Positions 10,839 to 20,568 of a stretch of DNA of 64,000 nucleotides are shown piece after piece. The stretch is from a virus: the IMG/VR virus record IMGVR_UViG_3300042907_001596, positions 86,441 through 150,440 of that record. One strand, 5' to 3'. Made by a program: the position numbers and the translations under genes. The notes under the pieces are model-generated. The model searched no databases, was not told the DNA's origin, and saw nothing but the letters and a program-made list of their open reading frames with translations. The first letter of the stretch is position 1. Each line of letters begins with the position of its first letter.

Positions 10839-11573
10839 ATGCCTGCACTCTTTTATGTCGGGGCCGTCCCTGCGGCGTGGCGGGACATCGCCACCTACGC
10901 TTCTGTCGATGCCGCCGTCGCGGCCAGCCGGACGGAAGTCGAAGAGTTGGTGTCGACGGCAGTGGCCGACAAAGCGGCGGCGGCGGAAGTCCGCGCTAAA
11001 GACAACTATTACGCTTTGGACACCGAATACAAAAGCAAAGACGCCACCCGCAACGTGCCGCTAAACCCCGTCAACGTCGCCGGTGCCCCGGCAACACTAG
11101 AAGGTGACGGCACCATCGCCGCCGCCAAGTTCCCGCTGATGGGTGCCGGATACCTGTACGGGCCGTGGGGTGTCGGCGTCGCCACCAAAGCCACAGGGGT
11201 TGGCCTTTCCCCTGTGGCCGTCGCAACCTTCACCACCTCCGCGATTCCCGCCCGATACCTGTACCGGCCGATGTGCTTCGCCACCATCCTGGTCAAATCG
11301 TCCAGCACCGCCGGACGCCCGGTGGTGGAGGTGCGGATGGGCACCACCAACCAGGGTGAACTGGTGGCGGTCGGCAGGGGTCGGACGATGTTCACCGGCT
11401 TACAGTCCATTGCCGTGATGCCGGTGGCCAGCACCGCCGCCTGGTTGGTCGGCACCGGAAGCGCGGCCACGTTGACGATGTGGCTGTCCGACGCCGCCGG
11501 GGTGCCGGTGTCGATGGACGCCAGCGAAGACGTGACCGGCGCAGCCTACCTGCTCCAAGCCCCGCCGGTCTGA
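10839..11573 (+). CDS. minor tail protein
   Basis: Paralogous to the C-terminal half of the two preceding tail genes; GGAAGG RBS. Confidence 0.7.
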   Translation: MPALFYVGAVPAAWRDIATYASVDAAVAASRTEVEELVSTAVADKAAAAEVRAKDNYYALDTEYKSKDATRNVPLNPVNVAGAPATLEGDGTIAAAKFPLMGAGYLYGPWGVGVATKATGVGLSPVAVATFTTSAIPARYLYRPMCFATILVKSSSTAGRPVVEVRMGTTNQGELVAVGRGRTMFTGLQSIAVMPVASTAAWLVGTGSAATLTMWLSDAAGVPVSMDASEDVTGAAYLLQAPPV

Positions 11574-11614
11574 CCTGGATTTTGGCCTTCCTCGTCCCCT
11601 AAAAGATGAGGAGG

Positions 11615-13270
11615 ATGAGCGTGGCGAGACGGATCCAGCGGCAAGCTGAAGTGTATTCCTGGCGTACCGCCGACCCGGTGTGGCGTCGGGTCGCACGCTT
11701 CCCCGTCCCGGCGGAGTGGGCCAGCGACCCCGAGATGCAAGGTACCCTCGCCGCCCCTCGCGGGCACAGCGGCAGGCGCTGGGACGAACACATCCAGAAC
11801 CTCGACACCCTCCTCAACGAGTACCACGACAACAAGATCGACAGCCGGTCGATGTTCGGCCAGCACGACCCGATCACCAAAACCACCCGGTGGAACGCCG
11901 ACCGGGTGAAGATGCACCAAGACATCGTCAACGAACTCGTCGCGCAGATGGCGAACATCCCCCGGCAGAAACGGGCCATCCTGATGGCCGGACTGGGCGG
12001 GGCGGGCAAAACCTGGGTGCAAAACCAGCCCTTCTTCGGGGTGGATGCGAAGCAGTTCTTCGTCCTCAGCGCCGACAACATCAAAGAGATGATGGCCGCA
12101 CGCGGCATGATGCCCACCGCGAAGCACGACCCGCGCTTTGCCGGACACTCCCCGATGGAATTGAGTTCCCTCATCCACCTGGAGTCCGACGAGATCGCCA
12201 AGCGGGTCGCGGAGATCGCCACTGAGCAGGGCACCAACGTCATCTGGGACTACCGGATGGCCAACCTGCCTTCGGCACTAGAGCGCATCGGCCGGTTGCG
12301 CAGCAACGGCTACAAAGACATCGGGGCGTTCCTGGTCAACGTCGACCCGCAACGGGCACTGAAGTCCGCGATCAGCCGACACAAAGACGGCCAACAGGCG
12401 TGGCTGGACTCCGGCGGGTCGGATCCGGCGAAGCAGGGTGGCCGTTGGCTACCCAGTTTTGCCCACCATGAAGGCAGCCCCACCCCCGGCTCCGGCATGA
12501 TGAGCAGCAGCCAGGAAGCGTTCAACCAACTCATCACTCAGCACGCCGACCTGCTGCCGATGGGGTACGGCTCCATCGACAACCGGGTGCGCGGCAAGCC
12601 GGTGTTCCAAGGCGGCAGCGGACAGTGGGCTAACCTCAACATTCCGCAGGGCCACCCCGACACCCTGGCCCCGACACCACCGACGCCGACGCTGGTCAGC
12701 GCGAGGAGATGGTTCATGGCCGACGAGCACAACCTCTACGAAACTGACCCATACAGCGTGCGCGGAATCCTCAACGCCTACAGGGCCGAGCAGATCGACT
12801 ACCCCACGTTGGTGTCGGAAATCGTCAACCGATTCATGGCGATCACCCCGATTGCCGACGACCCGGCCCGCGCCGGATGGTCGCAGTACATGCACAGCGA
12901 AATGATGCCGGGGGACGACGACGGCTTCTGGTTGTCGTGTGCTGTCAGCTTGGGCGTTCTGACTCCCGAGCAGCTAGATGAAATCCTCGACGCCATCCAC
13001 CAGTCCGTCCACAACGAGCCGCCGCCGGTGCGTCAAGCCAACTCCGTCACTGTCAACTATCCGGCCGAGTCGGTGGTGTATCACAGCAACTACATCAAAG
13101 CCGTCGGGGATCAACTGGTGGAGTGGTTCGATTCGCGCCGCCAGCCGGGGGAGACGATCGACCACTTTATGAAGCAGTACGCCTCCAACCCTGACGAGGT
13201 GGCTGTCGCCAAGCCGTATGTAGAGCGTTTTTTGGGGCGCACTGACATCTATCCCCAATCCGGCGTGTAG
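11615..13270 (+). CDS. zeta-toxin-like P-loop kinase with two C-terminal modules
   Basis: MAGLGGAGKT Walker A, LSADNIKE, IHLES, NVIWD, GGRW; GAGGAGG RBS before ATG 11615. Confidence 0.8.
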   Translation: MSVARRIQRQAEVYSWRTADPVWRRVARFPVPAEWASDPEMQGTLAAPRGHSGRRWDEHIQNLDTLLNEYHDNKIDSRSMFGQHDPITKTTRWNADRVKMHQDIVNELVAQMANIPRQKRAILMAGLGGAGKTWVQNQPFFGVDAKQFFVLSADNIKEMMAARGMMPTAKHDPRFAGHSPMELSSLIHLESDEIAKRVAEIATEQGTNVIWDYRMANLPSALERIGRLRSNGYKDIGAFLVNVDPQRALKSAISRHKDGQQAWLDSGGSDPAKQGGRWLPSFAHHEGSPTPGSGMMSSSQEAFNQLITQHADLLPMGYGSIDNRVRGKPVFQGGSGQWANLNIPQGHPDTLAPTPPTPTLVSARRWFMADEHNLYETDPYSVRGILNAYRAEQIDYPTLVSEIVNRFMAITPIADDPARAGWSQYMHSEMMPGDDDGFWLSCAVSLGVLTPEQLDEILDAIHQSVHNEPPPVRQANSVTVNYPAESVVYHSNYIKAVGDQLVEWFDSRRQPGETIDHFMKQYASNPDEVAVAKPYVERFLGRTDIYPQSGV

Positions 13271-13315
13271 CTGTATCCCCCCTCCGCCCGCCCCTAAAAG
13301 GATGAGGAGGGTGTG

Positions 13316-14995
13316 ATGAGCTTTCGCGTGGTGTACGGCCAATCCCGCAGCGAGAATGGCTGGCGGATGTGCAACGCCGACGAAACCGATTCGTTGCCTA
13401 TCCCCGGCAGTAGCGTGCGGATCCCGCTGCGCTCCGGCGTCCCCAGCACCATCCTGCGAGCGTTCGCGTCCCGATTCAACCAGTTGATCGAACCGCTGGA
13501 TCAGACCCAGTGCGGCGGCTGGACGCCGACGAACTCCGTCGCTACGTCGAACCACCTCGCCGGTTCCGCCGTCGATCTGAACTGGAGGCTGCACCCCTTC
13601 AGGGTCAAAGGAACCTTCGGGGACAAGCTGCCGGTGCTGCGCAACATCCTCCGCGAGTTTGAGGGCACCGTCTTTTACGGCGGCGACTGGGCGAACCCGA
13701 TAGATGAGATGCACTTCCAGATGAACTACGACTGCTTTGAGGGGTCGAAGAAAGCAGAAGACTTTGCTCAGCGCCTCCTCAACGGACATCTGGGAATCTA
13801 TGCCTCCGCTAACCCGAACGATTTCCCGCTGCCGCTGGGGTACTACTACGGCCCGCTCAGCGGCCCGAACGAGTCGGTATCCGGCGAGTGGGCGGGGGAG
13901 CGGCCGGAGTGGAGGGCGGGCCTGAAGCGGTGGCAGAAAGCGTTGGGTCTGAAGCAGACCGGCAAGTGGAATGACGGCGTCACCGCGAAGGCCGCGACGA
14001 CACTCCAGCTAGCTAAGCGGTGGCCTCCGCACCCTGACTTCGGCTACGGCGGGGTGTACCTGGGTGAGTGGGATGCCGTCATCAAGAACGGTTGGCGTCT
14101 GCCGGACGGCTGGAAGCCCGACGCGGTGCCCGCGACCCGCGTCAAGTGGGCGGATGTCAGCCAGTACCAAACTGCCACCCTCGACGCCACCTACCCCTAC
14201 CCGGTGGTGGCGTTCCGTGCGTCCGTCGCTGACCGGCGCGACACAAAGTTCCTCGCCAACATGACCGCCGCCCGCAAGCTGGTGGCTGCCGGGAAGCTCC
14301 AGAAAGTCATCGCCTACCACTTTTGGGTTCCCGGCTACGACAACGTCGGCACCTTCATGTCGGCGCTGGAGAGCAGCGGCGGGATATTCCCCGAACTGGC
14401 TTTTATGATCGACGTAGAAGACGGCGGCACGAAGTGGAATATCACCGGTGACCAGTCCGACGGCGTCAACGACTTCATCGACCGCGTGTCGGAGCGCTTC
14501 GGCAACCCGGCGGCGGCGGTCGGCTATCTCAACTTCCGCTCCAACCAAGACTTGTGGAAGACCATCCCGCACGGACTGAAGCTCATCGTCCCGGCGTACA
14601 GCGGGCCGGAAAGCAAGCCGTGGGTGCCGGAAGGCTACACGGCGTTCGGGCATCAGTATGCCGACAACGAAGACACCCCGCCGTTCGGGCCGTGCGACAT
14701 CAACCAGGCGCACATGACGCTGGCCGACTTCATCTCCGCGTTCGGCGTACAAGCTGTACCAGATCTTGTACCAGATTCTGGTACCACTCCGGTACCTCCC
14801 CCGACCGGCGCGGGGAGCCTTACCCTCACCGGCCGACCGCTAGACCCCCGCATCCCCGACGACCTGGCAGGTCACGTCTTGTCGATGCGGATGGAAGGAC
14901 TGCGCACCCAAGCCTTGGTTGCTGCGCTGTGCGAAGCCAACAACATCGACGTGAGCGACGTGTTTAACAAGGTAAAGGATGCCGTGACGCCATGA
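13316..14995 (+). CDS. lysA: lysin A (M15-like peptidase, linker/binding region, GH25-like muramidase)
   Basis: SENGW, SNHLAGSAVDLNW, DEMHFQ; FPLPLGYYYGPL; WADVSQYQ...IDVE; followed by a membrane protein. Confidence 0.88.
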   Translation: MSFRVVYGQSRSENGWRMCNADETDSLPIPGSSVRIPLRSGVPSTILRAFASRFNQLIEPLDQTQCGGWTPTNSVATSNHLAGSAVDLNWRLHPFRVKGTFGDKLPVLRNILREFEGTVFYGGDWANPIDEMHFQMNYDCFEGSKKAEDFAQRLLNGHLGIYASANPNDFPLPLGYYYGPLSGPNESVSGEWAGERPEWRAGLKRWQKALGLKQTGKWNDGVTAKAATTLQLAKRWPPHPDFGYGGVYLGEWDAVIKNGWRLPDGWKPDAVPATRVKWADVSQYQTATLDATYPYPVVAFRASVADRRDTKFLANMTAARKLVAAGKLQKVIAYHFWVPGYDNVGTFMSALESSGGIFPELAFMIDVEDGGTKWNITGDQSDGVNDFIDRVSERFGNPAAAVGYLNFRSNQDLWKTIPHGLKLIVPAYSGPESKPWVPEGYTAFGHQYADNEDTPPFGPCDINQAHMTLADFISAFGVQAVPDLVPDSGTTPVPPPTGAGSLTLTGRPLDPRIPDDLAGHVLSMRMEGLRTQALVAALCEANNIDVSDVFNKVKDAVTP

Positions 14996-15492
14996 CCGAT
15001 TTCGTCCCCCCATGGGTGAAGTACGACACCCCCGAAGCTGTCCCGCCGGTGCCGGTCACCTCCTCGACGGCCGCACCGGCGGGACTCTCCTGGGCCGCTC
15101 AACTGGAGCAGGCCGCAGTAGAGGCCGCACAGTCGGCGCTGACCGATGCGGCACCGAAGATTCAGGATCAGGTCGCGAAGTACACCCAGGACTACATCAC
15201 CGGCATCCTGACGGGAAACACCCCCAGCCCGACGATCACCGGCACCACCCTGTCGGGAACCAAACTGGACATCGCGTCGGCCAAGAACCGCAGTTGGCGC
15301 ACCTTCCTGGCCGGGATGGGCTTGGACGTGATGTTCGCGCTGGTGGCCGTCGTCGGCACCCTCAGCCATGTTGACTTCTTTACCCAAGCCGGGTGGATCA
15401 CCTTCGGCGTGTTGATCACCAAGACTGTCATTCAGACAGTAATCTCTTACATTGCGCGGCTAAAAATTGCTCCGCCGTACGAGAAAAAGTAG
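14992..15492 (+). CDS. holin
   Basis: Overlaps lysin A stop; two C-terminal hydrophobic segments after RSWRTF; basic tail. Confidence 0.7.
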   Translation: MTDFVPPWVKYDTPEAVPPVPVTSSTAAPAGLSWAAQLEQAAVEAAQSALTDAAPKIQDQVAKYTQDYITGILTGNTPSPTITGTTLSGTKLDIASAKNRSWRTFLAGMGLDVMFALVAVVGTLSHVDFFTQAGWITFGVLITKTVIQTVISYIARLKIAPPYEKK

Positions 15493-15637
15493 CTCAGCCG
15501 AGGCGTGCTTCTACTGCGGGCAGCCAAGGCCGTATCGGTGGATCGGTAGCTTTCACTGTACCCAAGAGGGTCGCTCCCCAAGGCGAAGTCTCCCCCTTTG
15601 GCTTGACCAGCAGGAGGCGGACAATGCCGGAATGTAA
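15467..15637 (+). CDS. possible small Cys-containing ORF
   Basis: Read by hand: TTG start, ...ACFYCGQPRPYRWIGSFHC...; fills the gap between holin and next gene. Confidence 0.25.
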   Translation: MLRRTRKSSSAEACFYCGQPRPYRWIGSFHCTQEGRSPRRSLPLWLDQQEADNAGM

Positions 15638-15848
15638 GGTCACCTGCTACACCTGTCGTTCCGATACCAACCAGCCCAAAGTGTGGCGCTGGCTGTGTGA
15701 AGACTGCGCCGCCGACTGCCTCGACGGCCACCGCCGCAGCACCGGACACACCGACCTGAACCTGGCGGTCGTCACCGCGCCGACGATCAGCGGCTTGGGC
15801 AGCCAGATCCGCCAGGCACACCGCCAAGTAGTTCAGATGGGATGGTGA
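15624..15848 (+). CDS. small Zn-finger-like protein
   Basis: AGGAGG RBS; CYTC...CEDC...H...H. Confidence 0.7.
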   Translation: MPECKVTCYTCRSDTNQPKVWRWLCEDCAADCLDGHRRSTGHTDLNLAVVTAPTISGLGSQIRQAHRQVVQMGW

Positions 15849-15849
15849 C

Positions 15850-18027
15850 GTGGCTTTTCATCCAGGCCAGCAGCAGCGGCTCGTCACCGACCGGCCTTAC
15901 AGTCCTCAAGCGGCGTTCTCGTCGGGCATCATCACCAAAGCTCCGTGGGATTCAGTCATCGACTTCGCTACTCACCCATCGTTCTGCGGGATGACGCTCT
16001 ACCCCCGCCAGCAGACGCTGCTGCGGTTGATGTTTCTGGAAACCGACCAGATGACCGACTTCGACCGCGACGTGATCGAAGAGTGGCGACGCGGCTTTAC
16101 GCAGCGCCGCGAAGTCTTCGGGGTGCAGCCCGACATCTGGGAGCGGGTGGCTTACCTTAAGGAGCGGGGCTTTCGGCGGTTCCCCGAGATCCAAGCCGTC
16201 CTGGGGCGACGGGCCTCTAAAGGGATGATCGGCGGCATTTTGGGCGCGGAGCAGATGGCGTATCTGTTCAGCTTGGACGACTGGCAGTCCCACTACGGCG
16301 TCGTCCCCGGCAAGGATGGCTACCTCACGGTGGTGGCCACCAGCCAGTCCCAGGCGAAGCGCCACCAGTTTCGCGACATCGCGATGGCCATCGAAAACTG
16401 CGCCTACCTCCAGCCGCACATCGCCAGTTCTAAAGACTACGAACTGTCCATCCGCACCCCCGCCGACCTCCGGCGGATCGGCTCGCTGAAGGCGGCGGGC
16501 ATGGTGCCCGACCACGAGATCGCGACGCTGCACGCCATCGCGATGGCGTCCAACTCCGACGTAGTGCGCGGCGCGGCGTCGTTCGCGCTGTTTCTGGATG
16601 AGTTCGCGTTCATGGTGCAAGGCACCGGGTCATCGAAGTCCGGCGAAGAAGTGTACGAGTCGGCGGTGCCCTCCCTCGACCAGTTCGACCCTGACGCCCT
16701 GATCTACATCCCTTCCTCGCCGTGGACGAAGATCGGACAGTTCTTCGCCCTCTATAAGCAGGGGTCGGTGCTGATGCGCTCCTACACCGAAAAGGAAGGC
16801 GTCACCTACACCCGGCAGACCGAAGAGAGCTTAGGTGTCGACGCCGAAGCGGAGATTGCCGACCTCACCGCCGACCCGGTCAAGCTGGTCTTCCAAGGCC
16901 CCAGTTGGATCCTGTACCAAGATTGGGAACGCGGGCCGGAGCTAGTCGGGCGAGCCTTCAAGCGTGCCATCCAGCCGGATCTGACCAGCGAGGTGCAGCA
17001 GCGCAGGATGCGGCGCAACCCCGAGAAGTTCCGCGTGGAAAGGATGGGGCAGTTCGCGGAGGTGGCCGCGCAATACCTCGACCCCGACAAGGTGGAAGCG
17101 ATGTTCGCCCCGCTGGATTGGCGGGAACCGCTGGTGTCGCAAAGTCAAGGCCGCTTCGACCGCAGCTACCGGATTCACTGCGATCCAGGCCGAACAGGAG
17201 CTAACTTCGCGATGGCTGTCGGCCACCTGGAAGATGCCCCCTGCAACGGCTGCGGCTGGACGAAAGCCGACGGCGGCACCGGCTGGGCCAGTAACGCCCA
17301 CATCTGCCCCGAAGGCGGATCGGTGTGGCCGCACGTCATCATAGATCTGCTGCATGTCTGGAAGCCCTCAGACTTCCCGGCTGACGCCGAGAGTGGACGG
17401 CGCACGATCGACTACATCCAAGTCGGCAACGACATCAAAGATGTCCTCACCCGGTTCCGCTCGACGGAGAAGATCTCCTTCGACCAGTGGAACTCCGCAT
17501 ACTTCCTGGCGGATCTGAAGCAGCAGTTCTCCCCCGGCATCCGCGTCACCGAAGTGACCTTCACCGACAAAGTCAACCAGGAGCGGTACGAAAAGTTCAA
17601 GTCGGCCATGAACCTGGGCTGGGTGTCGTCGTATCGCGACCACTTCTTCGACAACGGCTCGCTGCTGGAACAAGAGTTGAAGTTCTTGTCGGAGAAGAAC
17701 GGCAAAGTCGTCAAGCAGGATTTCGGCCCAGTCACGACGAAAGACCTCGCGGACTGCGTCCAGGTGGTGACCGTCGATCTGCTGCACGAAGCGCTGGATC
17801 GGTGGGCTGCGGGCACGTTGACGGCGTCGGCGTACGGATCTTCTGACACAGCGGGGCTGCGCACCGGCCGGGAGTTTGAGCGGATGGGATTCGGCCAACC
17901 CGGCGGCGGTGGTGGTGCCCGCCGTACCGGGCGGGCCTGGCAGGACTTGGAGCGTCAGCGCAAAGAGCGCGGGCGTAGTGGATTCTCGCCCGACCGGGCG
18001 TCGTCTATTCGATCACGAAGAGGATGA
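15850..18027 (+). CDS. terL: terminase large subunit
   Basis: Q motif (YPRQ), GRRASKG Walker A, LFLDEFA Walker B, HCDPG / FDQWNS / KDLAD nuclease motifs. Confidence 0.9.
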   Translation: MAFHPGQQQRLVTDRPYSPQAAFSSGIITKAPWDSVIDFATHPSFCGMTLYPRQQTLLRLMFLETDQMTDFDRDVIEEWRRGFTQRREVFGVQPDIWERVAYLKERGFRRFPEIQAVLGRRASKGMIGGILGAEQMAYLFSLDDWQSHYGVVPGKDGYLTVVATSQSQAKRHQFRDIAMAIENCAYLQPHIASSKDYELSIRTPADLRRIGSLKAAGMVPDHEIATLHAIAMASNSDVVRGAASFALFLDEFAFMVQGTGSSKSGEEVYESAVPSLDQFDPDALIYIPSSPWTKIGQFFALYKQGSVLMRSYTEKEGVTYTRQTEESLGVDAEAEIADLTADPVKLVFQGPSWILYQDWERGPELVGRAFKRAIQPDLTSEVQQRRMRRNPEKFRVERMGQFAEVAAQYLDPDKVEAMFAPLDWREPLVSQSQGRFDRSYRIHCDPGRTGANFAMAVGHLEDAPCNGCGWTKADGGTGWASNAHICPEGGSVWPHVIIDLLHVWKPSDFPADAESGRRTIDYIQVGNDIKDVLTRFRSTEKISFDQWNSAYFLADLKQQFSPGIRVTEVTFTDKVNQERYEKFKSAMNLGWVSSYRDHFFDNGSLLEQELKFLSEKNGKVVKQDFGPVTTKDLADCVQVVTVDLLHEALDRWAAGTLTASAYGSSDTAGLRTGREFERMGFGQPGGGGGARRTGRAWQDLERQRKERGRSGFSPDRASSIRSRRG

Positions 18028-18233
18028 CTGTGCGCGACTCAAAGAACTTCACGGCGGTGTGCGACGACGCTGAAGAGCCGTCGGAAGTAGAGAAGGCCGC
18101 AGCGCGGCTGACGGTGTGCGGGAACGCCCTCGACGCTGAGGACGCCGTCGATCTGTTGCAGATGTTAGGGCTGTATCCCGGCAACGACTCTGCGTCGCTG
18201 CTCACCTCGCCGCTGCGGAACTCGTTTTCGTGA
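18024..18233 (+). CDS. small hypothetical protein
   Basis: ATGA overlap with terminase; ARLTVC..A.DAED...LLQMLGL resembles common mycobacteriophage small proteins. Confidence 0.65.
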   Translation: MTVRDSKNFTAVCDDAEEPSEVEKAAARLTVCGNALDAEDAVDLLQMLGLYPGNDSASLLTSPLRNSFS

Positions 18234-18538
18234 AGCGTCCCGCCCAGCCCGGTCTGCACAGCCACCTTCCTGCGGTCGGAACCGACGACGAAGAGTGGCG
18301 GCTGCACGGACTCTGCCGGGGACACCACGATCCCGACCCGCTGTGGTGCCCCAACGACCCGCGTGACGCCGGAGCCGGGGTGGCGATCTGCAACACCTGC
18401 CCGGTCAGGATTCGCTGCGCCGAGTACGCGATGGTGCGCCGGGAGAAGCACGGCACCTGGGGCGGCATCACCGAATGGGAGCGCGAGTATCTGCTCACCG
18501 GCCGCTACCGCCGCCCCTTGAAGCCGCCGAAGGAATAA
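18230..18538 (+). CDS. whiB: WhiB-family transcription factor
   Basis: Four-Cys pattern C...CxxC(x5)C and G(T)WGG(I)TExER. Confidence 0.88.
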   Translation: MKRPAQPGLHSHLPAVGTDDEEWRLHGLCRGHHDPDPLWCPNDPRDAGAGVAICNTCPVRIRCAEYAMVRREKHGTWGGITEWEREYLLTGRYRRPLKPPKE

Positions 18539-18557
18539 TCGACCGCTCTGTGGCGTT
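18532..18557 (+). promoter_or_regulatory. ECF-type promoter GGAATA-N16-CGTT (copy 2)
   Basis: GGAATA 18532-18537, CGTT 18554-18557. Confidence 0.75.
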
Positions 18558-18600
18558 CTTGTAGGTGGAGGGGAAAGGATCCCCCGCTGAAAGGAGCCGT

Positions 18601-19101
18601 ATGTACGAGCGAAGTTACGGTGCCCGGTACGACGAGCCTGGCAAGTATGCCCGCGTAGCCGACATCGCCAAACTGATTCGGCGCGACATCAAAGAGGCCA
18701 TCGGCCGGGGTGACCTGCCGGGGCGTGCGTCGAACTACAGCGTGCGCAGCGAGTCCTACTCCGGTGGCTCCGCCATCCGCGTGAAGGCGATCGGCCTGGA
18801 CGGGCTGTACCAGCAGTGCGAGGGATTCGTCCCCGCCGCAGACAGCGAGTACAAACGCTCCTGCGGGAACCCCTGGTGCAAAGCCGGAGGGCGGCACGCC
18901 GACCTGCCGCACGCCCAGTACCACGACGTGCTGTCCGTCGAAGGACAGCGGGTCGAGAAAGTCCTCAAGGGCATCCACTCCGCGTACAACCACGACGGGT
19001 CGGAAGTCCAATTCGACTACTTCGACGTGCGCTACTACGGCGAGGTCGACATTGAGCGCCCCGACGAGGCGGCGTACCGACTTCGGCGCAAAGCCGGATA
19101 A
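18601..19101 (+). CDS. LPD29-like (large polyvalent protein-associated domain) protein
   Basis: AKLIRRDIK, SVRSESYSGGSAIRV, AYNHDGS..QFDYFDVRYYG; AAAGGAG RBS. Confidence 0.7.
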   Translation: MYERSYGARYDEPGKYARVADIAKLIRRDIKEAIGRGDLPGRASNYSVRSESYSGGSAIRVKAIGLDGLYQQCEGFVPAADSEYKRSCGNPWCKAGGRHADLPHAQYHDVLSVEGQRVEKVLKGIHSAYNHDGSEVQFDYFDVRYYGEVDIERPDEAAYRLRRKAG

Positions 19102-19141
19102 CCGTGAGAGGGGATCCTCCCCTCCACAGGAAGGAGACACC

Positions 19142-19456
19142 ATGACCACCCTGACCCGCGAGGAGTACACCTCCCTCCGCGACCGCTTCGACGGCGTCCG
19201 CGCCGACTACAGCGGCCGGGGAATGTACGGGGACGCCTGCCTCGCCTACACCGGCGACGAGCCGTACCTGTTCGTCTTCGATCTGGCCGAACTCCTGGCG
19301 GAGCGCGACAGCGATGACCCCAGCCCCAGCGACATCCGCTACGAACTGAGCAGCCTCAGCGCGTCCGGCGACTCCATGGGCCGGGGCAGCGTCATCTACT
19401 TCACCGGGATCGACGTGGAACCCGGCGACGACGATGACGACGAGGATGACGACTGA
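19142..19456 (+). CDS. acidic hypothetical protein
   Basis: AAGGAG RBS; YSGRGMYG..C and DSMGRG.VIYF motifs. Confidence 0.75.
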   Translation: MTTLTREEYTSLRDRFDGVRADYSGRGMYGDACLAYTGDEPYLFVFDLAELLAERDSDDPSPSDIRYELSSLSASGDSMGRGSVIYFTGIDVEPGDDDDDEDDD

Positions 19457-19457
19457 C

Positions 19458-19483
19458 GGAATAATCCCCCTCCACTGAGCGTT
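19458..19483 (+). promoter_or_regulatory. ECF-type promoter GGAATA-N16-CGTT (copy 3)
   Basis: GGAATA 19458-19463, CGTT 19480-19483. Confidence 0.78.
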
Positions 19484-19525
19484 ACAGCTAGTGGAGGGGG
19501 CAGTTCCCTCCGGCAAGGAGACACC

Positions 19526-20473
19526 ATGATCGACCTCAGAGCCGCGACACCGCCGGTGATCGACGCCGCCCTCGCGGAGTTGGACTACGAACGCTACGCC
19601 GCCATGGTTCGCAAGATCGACCTGTGGCAAGCCGCCGACAAGGCTCGCAACCACATCCACTACGACTGGCGCACCCGCGTGAAGACTCCCCGCCCCGACC
19701 TGGAGCGGGCGGCAAAGCTGGAAGCTCTGGCGGTAGAGCAAGCGGCCATCGAAGAAGCCAAGCTGGACGAGATGGCCCCCTACATCGCTGAGTTCCAGCG
19801 GCGGGGCGGCTGGACGCGGGCCTTCCTGGTGGTCACCAACGGCGACGGCCACGTTCACCGCAGCCAGGCGTGCCACACCTGCTACCCCACCACCCAGTTC
19901 CACTGGGTGACCGACTTCTCCGGCCACGACGAAGCGGAGATTGTCGACGCGGCCGGTGAGCGTGCCTGCACCATCTGCTACCCCACTGCTCCGGCCGAGG
20001 TGCTGAACCGGCCAACCGCCATCTTCAGCAAGGACGAAGAGGCGAAGCGGGCAGCCCGCGAGGAGCGGGAAGCCAAGCGGGCGGCGAAAGCGGCCCTGGA
20101 GGTCATCGACCCCGACACCGGCAAGACCCTCTTCAAGACGGAGCGGGGCGCGACCAACGAGATCGCCTCGCACCTGGATGCCTACGCCCGGTACGAGAAC
20201 GACGAGTACCTGGAGAAGGCGAAGAAGATCGTCGCCGCCGTCGCCGTCAAGCGGGGCACCGACCCGGCAGACCTGCTGGATGAGCTTCTGGCCAAAGCGA
20301 CCGCGAAGTTCCGCAAGGAAGCCATCAAAAGCATCAAGGAACTGAGGCAGGGGCCAAAGGGTCTGCACTACGACCAGACTGACCCGGCCAACTGGCATGC
20401 CAGCTACCGCCGGATCGCGGAGGAGGAGGGCCTGATCGCCTCTACCCCCGCACTGGCCAAGAAGCTCCACTGA
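19526..20473 (+). CDS. hypothetical protein with His/Cys metal-binding motif
   Basis: GHVHRSQACHTC...ACTICYP; AAGGAG RBS. Confidence 0.8.
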   Translation: MIDLRAATPPVIDAALAELDYERYAAMVRKIDLWQAADKARNHIHYDWRTRVKTPRPDLERAAKLEALAVEQAAIEEAKLDEMAPYIAEFQRRGGWTRAFLVVTNGDGHVHRSQACHTCYPTTQFHWVTDFSGHDEAEIVDAAGERACTICYPTAPAEVLNRPTAIFSKDEEAKRAAREEREAKRAAKAALEVIDPDTGKTLFKTERGATNEIASHLDAYARYENDEYLEKAKKIVAAVAVKRGTDPADLLDELLAKATAKFRKEAIKSIKELRQGPKGLHYDQTDPANWHASYRRIAEEEGLIASTPALAKKLH

Positions 20474-20479
20474 CTGGCG

Positions 20480-20501
20480 GGGGCCGGAGCTAACCGGCCC
20501 C
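20480..20501 (+). terminator. GC-rich hairpin, possible terminator
   Basis: GGGGCCGG-loop-CCGGCCCC just after the stop codon. Confidence 0.45.
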
Positions 20502-20568
20502 TAAAAGTTATAGAACTTCCCAGCGTGGCTCCCCCACGTTGCGGTCAGCCGCAAGTAGAAAGTGATGT

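Noticed and set aside
15850-18027. Intein in terminase, or in the long portal/protease ORFs
   Set aside because: No intein N-terminal block, HN-C/S/T end or LAGLIDADG motif; the terminase has only a short Cys-containing loop
18965-20470. Long minus-strand ORFs (also 29730-30950, 32442-33416, 60300-61223)
   Set aside because: Antisense shadows of high-GC plus-strand genes; no RBS or motifs
20512-20540. Seventh ECF promoter (AGAACT...CGTT)
   Set aside because: Spacer is 19 nt and the -35 differs from GGAATA
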